Shown here: piece after piece, positions 7,904 to 16,208 of the stretch
Layout of the letters: each line of letters opens with the position of its first letter
How positions within the stretch are numbered: position 1 is the first letter of the stretch
Source: Sedimentisphaerales bacterium
Lineage (GTDB): Bacteria; Planctomycetota; Phycisphaerae; Sedimentisphaerales; SM23-30
Direction: 5' to 3'
DNA length: 36,623 nt
NCBI GenBank assembly: GCA_963663965.2
Contig: CAXXFK010000004.1
Span: 1-36,623, forward strand
Made by a program: the position numbers and the translations under genes
Notes under the pieces: model-generated
Told to the model about the DNA's origin: nothing
The model's input: only the letters and a program-made list of their open reading frames with translations
Database searches by the model: none

Positions 7904-9229
7904 ATGGCTAAAAAAGCGCGAAATGAATTGATGGTGGGCCTGACGGTGCTGGTTGGGCTGGCGTTGGGAGTCTATATTATTGTCATGTTAGCGGACTGGT
8001 CGAACATGTTCAATAAGCAACAGGAAATTACCGTGCGGTTAGGGTGTCAGGAAGGCCTTAAAGGGCTGGTAGTGGGCAGCCCTGTTCATCTGGGTGGAAT
8101 CAAGATCGGCCAGATTACCCGCACCTGGATTGACGATGATAAAGCCTGCGGGGAGAATCCCAGCCGGTTTCGGGTTATGTTTACCATGAAGTTACCGGCA
8201 CAGTACCAACTCTACAGTGATTGTGTTCTGGTACCGCAAACGAATATGCTGGGCGGCCAGCCCATGCTGGCGATTGAAAGCCTGGGCGGCCAGACCGAAC
8301 CAATTAAGCCGGGAACGGTGGTAGATCTCAGGCTGGCTGATAATGTAATGGATGCGTTGAAGCAGGAATTTGATCCAACGGATGAAGCCAGTCTGCTGGG
8401 AAAACTCAAGCAGGAATTTGACCGTGATAAAAGCGATTCGATTATGTATATGCTGGCGCAAACTTCAACTAATTTACGGGATATAACGGAAAAGGTTGAA
8501 AACCAACTCAGCGATCAGAGCGAAGCCAAGGGGACCTTGATGGCCAAAATGCATCAGGTCATCGACAATCTCAATACGATTACGCAACGGGTAAATGTTC
8601 AGTTGGATACTGGAAATGATGCCGCAGTGATTGTTAAACTGGCCGGCGCCCTGGATGAATTGAACGCCAGTCTGACCAAGGTTAAAGGCCTGGTTACCAC
8701 GAACGAACCGAAAGTCAGCGCCATGCTGACCTCTTTGCAAAATACTTCAGCGACATTGGAGACCGATTTGCCGGTTATCAGTCAAAAATTACAGGCTAAT
8801 CTGGACTTGGTTCAAACGGCGCTGACTAATGCCAATGATGCCCTGGTAAACTTGAAAGAGATAACCGTTGGCGTTAAAGATACCGTCATCGTCAATCAAG
8901 ACCGACTGGATCGAATGATTGGTGATCTGGCGGAAGTGGCGGTCAATATCAAGTTGGTCAGTCGCGAAGTGCGCCGCGCGCCCTGGAAATTGCTCTATAA
9001 ACCGAACGAAAAAGAACAGCAATTACAAAAGGTGGTTGATTCGGCTGGATTATTTGCCGCAGGAGCTGAGAGGCTTAACGATGCCGCGATCCGATTACAA
9101 ACGATTTTAAACAAAACGGGTCGATCCGTATCGGATGCCGCCAAGATAGAACAAATACTGGCAGATTTGGAATCCAGTTTTGATAAATTTCATGAAGCGG
9201 AAGATCAGTTCTGGCGTGATATGGAATAA
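7904..9229 (+). CDS. mlaD: MCE/MlaD-family protein with long helical C-terminus
   Basis: N-terminal TM; GLVVGSPVHLGGIKIGQI MCE motif; heptad-rich tail; follows mlaEF. Confidence 0.88.
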   Translation: MAKKARNELMVGLTVLVGLALGVYIIVMLADWSNMFNKQQEITVRLGCQEGLKGLVVGSPVHLGGIKIGQITRTWIDDDKACGENPSRFRVMFTMKLPAQYQLYSDCVLVPQTNMLGGQPMLAIESLGGQTEPIKPGTVVDLRLADNVMDALKQEFDPTDEASLLGKLKQEFDRDKSDSIMYMLAQTSTNLRDITEKVENQLSDQSEAKGTLMAKMHQVIDNLNTITQRVNVQLDTGNDAAVIVKLAGALDELNASLTKVKGLVTTNEPKVSAMLTSLQNTSATLETDLPVISQKLQANLDLVQTALTNANDALVNLKEITVGVKDTVIVNQDRLDRMIGDLAEVAVNIKLVSREVRRAPWKLLYKPNEKEQQLQKVVDSAGLFAAGAERLNDAAIRLQTILNKTGRSVSDAAKIEQILADLESSFDKFHEAEDQFWRDME

Positions 9230-9606
9230 GGATACCCGCAAATTCATTTCCCGGATTCATTTAATATGGATAAAAATCTATAGCCAAGTGGTTAAAAGAG
9301 TAATTACATTGCCATAACCTGCTAAATTGGCTTGAGAAAATATCAGGATGTCTGTAAAAAAACCTTATTTTAATTGGTTTTTTTGGTAGATTATTTACAG
9401 TATTTTTAAAACTTACTGGATTTTAACTACCCAATGACTCTACTATCGTATATAGTATTGATAGGTAGAAATAATTAAGCAGGGTGGAAAGTGTTTGTTA
9501 AACGGTTGGATCGTGTGTTTAGTGTCAGGATCTGAGGACGAAATGTTATTTTCATTTTTTTTATTATGGGTGTTTTATTCATTTCCTTAATGTTGGAGGT
9601 ATTGTT

Positions 9607-12600
9607 ATGAAAGCACAGAAGTTGTTGTTAGTGTTAATGTTATGGCTTTTTATGGCATCAGTGCCAGCGGCCTGGGGTATCCTGGCCGGATGTAATCCAG
9701 ATATTCATATGGATATCCAGGGAGTCATAGCGAATGATTTTCACATGGAAGGCCGCATCAAATCGGGTTTCTGGGGAGGCAATTGGTCGATGCCGCCCAT
9801 TCTGGTTCATCATGTGGATGGTGGATTTCCGGATTTCAGTTACAGTATTATGCCGGACTATTCCAGCGCCGGCCAGAATGAATTCATATTCAAGGCTGAC
9901 TGGAAAGGCAGAAAGTTTCAATATTGTGAAGTGTTGCATCTGGGTTTACTGTTCGATCTGGAGTGCCATAATCTGGTGATCGATCTGGTTGGCTGGTGGA
10001 CCAGAGATGGTGAACGTATTCGGGAAGGCCAAAATGGTGGAACGGTCTTGATTCCCGGTTTTGATGTCATGGATTTCCAGGAGCAGTCACCTCAGAAAAT
10101 CCAGTTCCGCAATGATTCACATCTGCTTGGTCGTGGTATCAGCGGCAAAATCATGCAGTTGGAACTGGCACGCCTGAAAGCATCCGAAGTGGAAGAGCGA
10201 TTTGGTTCATTGGTCGAACTTTTTGATGAGCTTCGTGAAGGCGGGCGTCAGGCGGAATTGCCCTGGATACCGGTGGGTCAGGTTTTCGGTCAGGGAGAAA
10301 TAGTGCCGATCAATGAAAAGAATCCTGCTGATTTTCAAGTAGACAGTTTCTTTGATGTTTTTGTTGAAATCGATCTTTCTTCCGGGGGTGGTTTCGCAAC
10401 ACTCGAGCCGATGCCGCTGGAACCGGGCGATATCCTGATTTCACGAGTTGGCACAGAATATCCTAATAATGCCGGTGAACCGGATTTCCGCTGGACCTGG
10501 CATATGCATGAATCGCATCGTCTGGATTTTGGCGATGCCCCGGAAATTCCCATCATGATGTCTTATCCGACGACTTTGGTTAATAATGGCGCCCGTCATA
10601 TTATCCAGGGGCCCTGGCTGGGTGACTGGACTGACCGGCCCGATCCCGAACCGGATGGCCAACCCGAACCGCAAGCTCTCGGTGATGATAATTGGGATGG
10701 TAACGATGATGAAGACGGCGTGAAAATCCCGGTTTTGAGTCCCGGTGTTGCCGCAACGATCACACTGGAAGTGAATGGTCCGGGCGGTTGGGTGGATGCC
10801 TGGATCGATTTTGATCAGAATCAAACCTGGAGCGATCCTGCTGAACGAATCTTTGGCAACTGGCTACCGGCAGGTGTGCACAATATCACGGTAACGCCAC
10901 CCGCTGTGACGATTCCCGGACAGACATTCGCGCGATTCCGTATCCATCTGGAACAGGGGAATCTACCGCCATATGGGCTGGCGCGCAGTGGCGAAGTTGA
11001 AGATCATCTGGTCAATGTCAAAGAAAAACCCGATCCGCGTTCCGATCTCGGTGATGCGCCGGATAGTACCAATTCCTGGAATAATGCCGCCATGCTGGCT
11101 TATCCGGGCGTGGGGGCCCATTATCCCACCGTCTTTGCGGCCGGATCGCCGCCGCATGGTCCCAAACACTGGTCACCGCAACAAGTTGCCTGGTTGGGTC
11201 AGCAAGTAACCCTTGAGGATGAAGCTGACCTGCCGCCGGATCAGGATCCGACGACGAATATCATCCCTTTAGGGCCAATCGCAGATAAAGATTTGGCCGA
11301 TGACGGTGTGATTTTCCCGATTGTCGTCAGGAACTGTCGCTATAATCGGTTCCAGTATATCGTGACAGTTGTTAATCCACTGAATGTCCCGCTTTATACC
11401 AATGTTTGGTTTGACTGGAATAAAGATGGAGACTGGGATGATGTTCTGACCTGTCCGGATGGTACAGCGGTAGATGAATGGGCCGTTCAAAATCAGCAGT
11501 TGCTGTTAGGCCCCGGAGTCCATACGATCACCACACCCCCATTCCTGGCGCTGGTGAATTCTTCCAGTGACACTCCGGATATGTGGATGCGTATTACTCT
11601 GGCTGAGCGTAAATACGATCCTACGGCAGTTGGCGCCGGTATGCTGGGTTATGGCGGCGCCGGTCCATCCAGTGGTTACAAGATTGGTGAAACGGAAGAC
11701 TATCTGTTCGTTCCGGAAATTGAACCGGAACCCGAACAGTATGATTTCGGTGATGCCCCGGATAAAGTGGATCCAACCGGTGTAGCATTATCCGGCTATC
11801 ATACCTTGCTGATCAACGATGGCGCCCGCCATTTATTGGGCGGCAAGCTTTTCCTGGGCAGCCTGGTGGATGCAGAACCCGATGGCCAGCCCAATGCTCC
11901 GGCCACGGGTGATGATGATAATCCCAATACGGCTGATGATGAAGACGGTGTGAAGTTCCTGACCTGGCCGCTATTGCCTGGTCGCCCGGCCACCGTAGAA
12001 GTAGTTAGCACCGAAGATGGATTACTGTCAGCCTGGATCGATTTCGATGGTGATGGCACCTGGACCCAGAGTGTCGACCAGATATTTAATGATGTGGCCG
12101 TGTCGGCCGGAACCAACACACTGACGTTTATAGTGCCTTTGGGTTCCAAGGCGCCACAACGGACCTACGCCCGTTTCCGTGTCTCCAAGAATGGCGGTCT
12201 GGGCTATCGTGGTCCGGCTCCGGATGGCGAAGTCGAAGACTATCTGGTTCTGATCCAGCGCCGGTGGGGCGTCAAGTGGCTGCAAATGCCGGATGTCTCA
12301 CCGTTTGGCATTGATATCTGTCTCGATGGCAATGACGATTATCTGCGCACGATAGCTGATGACTTCCAGTGCACCAATATTGACCGGATTACCGATGTCC
12401 ACCTGTGGGGGTCCTGGAAAGGTGATGTGAAAGGCAAGATTCGTAAAATCCATCTGAGTATCCATAGTGATGACCCCGTTGGCCCGGGTGGCAGCGACAA
12501 GGATAATATTTATTCCAAACCCGATAAGCTGCTGTGGCAATGGGATGTCTATACGGGTTTGTTCCGCGAGAAAGTCTATGCCAGACTGGATAAAGGCGAA

Positions 12601-13467
12601 TACTGGTGGGATCCGGTTAAGAACGAGTTGATCCCGGCTGGCGATAAGACCATCTGGCAGATCGATATCCGTATTCCGCCACGGTTTGCTTTCATACAGG
12701 AAGGGACTCCGGAAGAGCCGGTTATTTACTGGCTGGATGTTCAGGTGGAAGCCGAAGACGGTGAATTCGGTTGGAAAACCCGCCGCTGGCCGCGCCACTT
12801 TAATGATGACGCCGTCTTATCAGTCGATGCCGGTCCGTGGAAAGAACTTCGCTATCCCAATGGCCATCCTTATCGTCATCTGATGTTCGAGGACCTGGTT
12901 GCCGGTGATACCTATCTCGTTGGCGATACATTTGTCAGTTCCGGCGTAGCCATTGATGTCAAGCCGTTCCAGTGGTCCAGCGGAATCTGGACCAATAACG
13001 GCAGAGTTACAGTGGATGCGGCGAATATGGCTGGTGGCACCGGATTGGAACTCAATTGTAACAATGCCAATGTGGCCTTCAATTTCCCGACGCTTTATAA
13101 CCTGGACCTGATGTATGGCGATTATGGCGGTAATGTCAACCTGTCGATCAACGGTGACTTCCGCAATGTCAATGATCTGTCCGACTTAAATGGCATGACC
13201 GTTGGAGGCGTATTGGTAACCGTATTACCCAATCCTTCCGGAGTCGTCGCTCAAGGCATTTTGCATCTGGATGGTGTGATTAACAATCTGATGATTGGCG
13301 GCCAGGAATTCTGGATCGACAATGTGGGTTCCGGTTCGATCGATATGGCCTTTGCAATTACCGATCGGGCTTTCGTGACCGGTACTGCCGATATTGACGC
13401 CAATGGCTATGTCGATCTGCAAGACTTCCGGATTATGTCAGCTGAATGGCTGACCTGGCCGGAATAA
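9607..13467 (+). CDS. Large secreted multidomain protein: three GEVED-type repeats, further beta-rich domains, C-terminal dockerin/EF-hand-like tail
   Basis: GGAGG SD, signal peptide; D(F/L)GDAP...GE(V/T)ED(H/Y) three times; tail DIDANGYVDLQD. Confidence 0.88.
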   Translation: MKAQKLLLVLMLWLFMASVPAAWGILAGCNPDIHMDIQGVIANDFHMEGRIKSGFWGGNWSMPPILVHHVDGGFPDFSYSIMPDYSSAGQNEFIFKADWKGRKFQYCEVLHLGLLFDLECHNLVIDLVGWWTRDGERIREGQNGGTVLIPGFDVMDFQEQSPQKIQFRNDSHLLGRGISGKIMQLELARLKASEVEERFGSLVELFDELREGGRQAELPWIPVGQVFGQGEIVPINEKNPADFQVDSFFDVFVEIDLSSGGGFATLEPMPLEPGDILISRVGTEYPNNAGEPDFRWTWHMHESHRLDFGDAPEIPIMMSYPTTLVNNGARHIIQGPWLGDWTDRPDPEPDGQPEPQALGDDNWDGNDDEDGVKIPVLSPGVAATITLEVNGPGGWVDAWIDFDQNQTWSDPAERIFGNWLPAGVHNITVTPPAVTIPGQTFARFRIHLEQGNLPPYGLARSGEVEDHLVNVKEKPDPRSDLGDAPDSTNSWNNAAMLAYPGVGAHYPTVFAAGSPPHGPKHWSPQQVAWLGQQVTLEDEADLPPDQDPTTNIIPLGPIADKDLADDGVIFPIVVRNCRYNRFQYIVTVVNPLNVPLYTNVWFDWNKDGDWDDVLTCPDGTAVDEWAVQNQQLLLGPGVHTITTPPFLALVNSSSDTPDMWMRITLAERKYDPTAVGAGMLGYGGAGPSSGYKIGETEDYLFVPEIEPEPEQYDFGDAPDKVDPTGVALSGYHTLLINDGARHLLGGKLFLGSLVDAEPDGQPNAPATGDDDNPNTADDEDGVKFLTWPLLPGRPATVEVVSTEDGLLSAWIDFDGDGTWTQSVDQIFNDVAVSAGTNTLTFIVPLGSKAPQRTYARFRVSKNGGLGYRGPAPDGEVEDYLVLIQRRWGVKWLQMPDVSPFGIDICLDGNDDYLRTIADDFQCTNIDRITDVHLWGSWKGDVKGKIRKIHLSIHSDDPVGPGGSDKDNIYSKPDKLLWQWDVYTGLFREKVYARLDKGEYWWDPVKNELIPAGDKTIWQIDIRIPPRFAFIQEGTPEEPVIYWLDVQVEAEDGEFGWKTRRWPRHFNDDAVLSVDAGPWKELRYPNGHPYRHLMFEDLVAGDTYLVGDTFVSSGVAIDVKPFQWSSGIWTNNGRVTVDAANMAGGTGLELNCNNANVAFNFPTLYNLDLMYGDYGGNVNLSINGDFRNVNDLSDLNGMTVGGVLVTVLPNPSGVVAQGILHLDGVINNLMIGGQEFWIDNVGSGSIDMAFAITDRAFVTGTADIDANGYVDLQDFRIMSAEWLTWPE
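10525..12243 (+). repeat. Three tandem intragenic GEVED-type repeats (about 10525-11007, 11044-11703, 11743-12243)
   Basis: Each has D(F/L)GDAP, D(E/D)DGV-like, W(I/F)D(F/W) and GE(V/T)ED; units 1 and 3 share GARH and EPDGQP...GDD...DDEDGVK. Confidence 0.85.
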
Positions 13468-13502
13468 ACCATACTAAGATCTAAACACAGAAGTAGTTTT
13501 TC

Positions 13503-13536
13503 AGACCTCGCTCTATTCGGGCGGGGTCTCTTTTTT
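13503..13536 (+). terminator. Intrinsic terminator
   Basis: AGACCTCGCTC-TATTC-GGGCGGGGTCT 11-bp stem followed by CTTTTTT, 35 nt after the stop. Confidence 0.8.
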
Positions 13537-13668
13537 ATATGGGCTGAATATCTTCTGATTGTGGCCGGTTTTTCTTGTAATATGTCTGATTTCACGCAAC
13601 AATACTGACATTGAAACAGTTTATGCAAGTTATGAAATAGACAATAATGACCTGTGTGAGAGTATTCT

Positions 13669-15582
13669 ATGAACATAATTAAACGAACAGTGCGACTGGG
13701 ATTAATAGCAGGAATGGCCATTATTTTACTGGCGAACACTGCCCGGAGTGGATATGCCGCTGAGCCCATTACGTTGTTTGATCTGCGTTATTGCGCAACG
13801 CTTAAGGGGGATGATTCGGAACAGGTTCAAAAGATCTGGGATCAATGCCATCTGGCCGCCGCGCTGCAGGGACTGGTTAACCGGGACGCGCCCAGATTAT
13901 ATCTGTTGTATGTTGAGTCACAGCATGGATCGGGTAATATCGACGAATACTGGCTGAAGAAGCTCAGGCAACCCGGCGGGTGGCTGGCGGACCGCCCCGT
14001 GCAGATTATTAATGGAATAGAAAATCTGGTAAAGCAGTTTCGGGATGATTTTTCCGGTGTTGTGGTTTATGATCCCGCTGTGGCGGCTACCAGCAATGTC
14101 GCCTCTACGATTGCCGGCGCGGAGAACCTGCTGCCGATACGTTATGATCCGACAGAATCCAGTCTTTATCACCAATTGGTTAAAAGTGGTCTTCAACTGC
14201 CGGTTAAGGTCTGGCTGGTCCATCCGGATGGCCAATCAAAGTTTACCGGTCAGGGGACCATACCCGATATCGATCGGCCATCAACCGGTTCGGCAAAGTG
14301 CGATGCTTATCTGTGGATGAAAACGAATTATCTCGATAATGGCCGGTGTGATGGCGCTTATGGCGCTTATTATCTGGATCAATACTGGGTAAAGACGCCG
14401 CGCCATTCGGTGCTGAATCACCACTGCCTGACCAATCATGATTTTTTCATCAGTAAAAAAGCCTGGTTCTTTGATTTGCATGTCTGGGGCGATGAAGCGC
14501 CCGTCGATAATCCCAGCCAGAAGCATGGCACCGATCTGGATACACTTAAGGAGCTGCTCTTAAGCGCTTATCAGCAAGGCGGTCGTGAACGCATGATTCA
14601 CATAGGAGGTTTTGTACCATGGGGGTATAAATATACGAATCATCCCGGCGCCGGCGGTCAGCATGAACCGGTCGCTTCCGAATGGGAATATGCCCGGATC
14701 ATCAGCGCGTATAATGGGTTTATGGATGCCGATGCCATCGGTTACGGCGCCATGGCGAATGCCTCATTTTTCACCCATTTCCCCTTGAAAAATCAATATC
14801 CTCAATCCTGGGTTAATCGCCGGCAATTGCGGGAACGTGGCTATCTGACACCTGATGGCGATGTCAATTTTGATGGCCGCGAATTTATGATATTCTATGT
14901 CGGCGATTATGATTGTGCCGCCTGGGTCTATCAGCGTATGGCGGATATCTGGGATGATCCCAATCGGGGGAAAATCCCCCTGATGTGGTGTATCAGTCCG
15001 GTTCTGGATCGCCGGGCTGCCATGGCGCTGGCTGCCATGCGTCAATCGGCGTCGGCGAATGACTATTTTGCCTCGGCCGATAATGGGGCGGGATACTGTT
15101 TGCCGGGGATGTTACAGGAGCCAAGAGACGTCTCCGGCTTGCCATCCGGACTGAATGCCTGGTCTGATCATTGCCAGAGTTATTATCAGCGCTGGGGTTT
15201 GTCCATCACCGGATTTATTATCTACGCCCACGGTCCCGATTTGAATTCAGCCGGACTGGACTGTTACCAGACTTTCAGTCCTGATGGGATTGTGCCTTCG
15301 CGTGGCCCTTTGGCGATGATCCATAAAGGGATGCCGGTTTTACGTCATGATTATGATCTGGTTGATAGCGATCCGGCCAAAGCGGCCCGGGTTGTTCTGG
15401 ACCGGATCTCAACCCGGCGCCGGGAAGGAGCGCCACCCTTTCATTGGTTCCGTGATATTCTCAAAACTCCCACCTGGCATGTTCAGTTGGTTGAGGAACT
15501 CCATAAACAGAATCCAAAAGTTGAATTACTGGATGCGCCCACCTTTTTCGAACTGTTGCGTATCCACCTGCAGAATCAATAA
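13669..15582 (+). CDS. GxGYxYP-family putative glycoside hydrolase, secreted
   Basis: Signal peptide; LQGLVNR..PRLY; VVYDP; FYVGDYD; WDDPNRG.IP..W; DNGAGYCLP variant motif. Confidence 0.82.
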   Translation: MNIIKRTVRLGLIAGMAIILLANTARSGYAAEPITLFDLRYCATLKGDDSEQVQKIWDQCHLAAALQGLVNRDAPRLYLLYVESQHGSGNIDEYWLKKLRQPGGWLADRPVQIINGIENLVKQFRDDFSGVVVYDPAVAATSNVASTIAGAENLLPIRYDPTESSLYHQLVKSGLQLPVKVWLVHPDGQSKFTGQGTIPDIDRPSTGSAKCDAYLWMKTNYLDNGRCDGAYGAYYLDQYWVKTPRHSVLNHHCLTNHDFFISKKAWFFDLHVWGDEAPVDNPSQKHGTDLDTLKELLLSAYQQGGRERMIHIGGFVPWGYKYTNHPGAGGQHEPVASEWEYARIISAYNGFMDADAIGYGAMANASFFTHFPLKNQYPQSWVNRRQLRERGYLTPDGDVNFDGREFMIFYVGDYDCAAWVYQRMADIWDDPNRGKIPLMWCISPVLDRRAAMALAAMRQSASANDYFASADNGAGYCLPGMLQEPRDVSGLPSGLNAWSDHCQSYYQRWGLSITGFIIYAHGPDLNSAGLDCYQTFSPDGIVPSRGPLAMIHKGMPVLRHDYDLVDSDPAKAARVVLDRISTRRREGAPPFHWFRDILKTPTWHVQLVEELHKQNPKVELLDAPTFFELLRIHLQNQ

Positions 15583-15610
15583 GTGATCCGCGAACAGCAA
15601 TAATAACATC

Positions 15611-16072
15611 ATGAAACAGAGCGCTGGAATTATACTGTATCGTCATGGAGAGGAAGGCCTGGAGATCTTTCTAACGCATCCGGGCGGGCCGTTCTGGGCG
15701 CGTAAAGACCTGGGAGCCTGGTCGATCCCCAAGGGGGAATTCGGGCCGGAAGAAGAGCCGCTGGCCGCGGCCCAACGGGAATTCTTTGAAGAAACGGGTC
15801 TTGAACTGGCTGGTGATTTCCTGCCGCTGGGAACATATCGGCAATCCGGCAAAAAAACCGTCCATGCCTGGGCGATTGAAGGGGATTGTGATGCGAGTGC
15901 TATCAAAAGCAATACGTTCAAGCTCGAATACCCGCCTGAATCCGGTTTATGGCGCGAGTTCCCGGAGGTGGATAAAGCCCAATGGTTTACGCTCGATCAG
16001 GCCAGAGAAAAAATTCATAAGGGGCAGGTAGTTTGGATTGGGCGACTGGTTGAGCGGGTAGAAATTAAGTAA
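15611..16072 (+). CDS. NUDIX hydrolase
   Basis: HPGGPFW; Nudix box KGEFGPEEEPLAAAQREFFEETG; FPEVD. Confidence 0.93.
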   Translation: MKQSAGIILYRHGEEGLEIFLTHPGGPFWARKDLGAWSIPKGEFGPEEEPLAAAQREFFEETGLELAGDFLPLGTYRQSGKKTVHAWAIEGDCDASAIKSNTFKLEYPPESGLWREFPEVDKAQWFTLDQAREKIHKGQVVWIGRLVERVEIK

Positions 16073-16208
16073 GCTTATTGGGAAAATGTGGAAATTCCGA
16101 TTTTTGCATAGCTAGAATTGGTATCAAGATAAGATTCGGTTATTCCATTCTTGCAAGAATAGCTCTACCGAATTAGAGACCAATATTAGTTTTTAGGAGG
16201 TACCCATC

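Noticed and set aside
9230..9606. AT-rich 377-nt gap with imperfect inverted repeats as an ncRNA
   Set aside because: Pairings are short and AT-rich; ordinary promoter DNA is sufficient explanation
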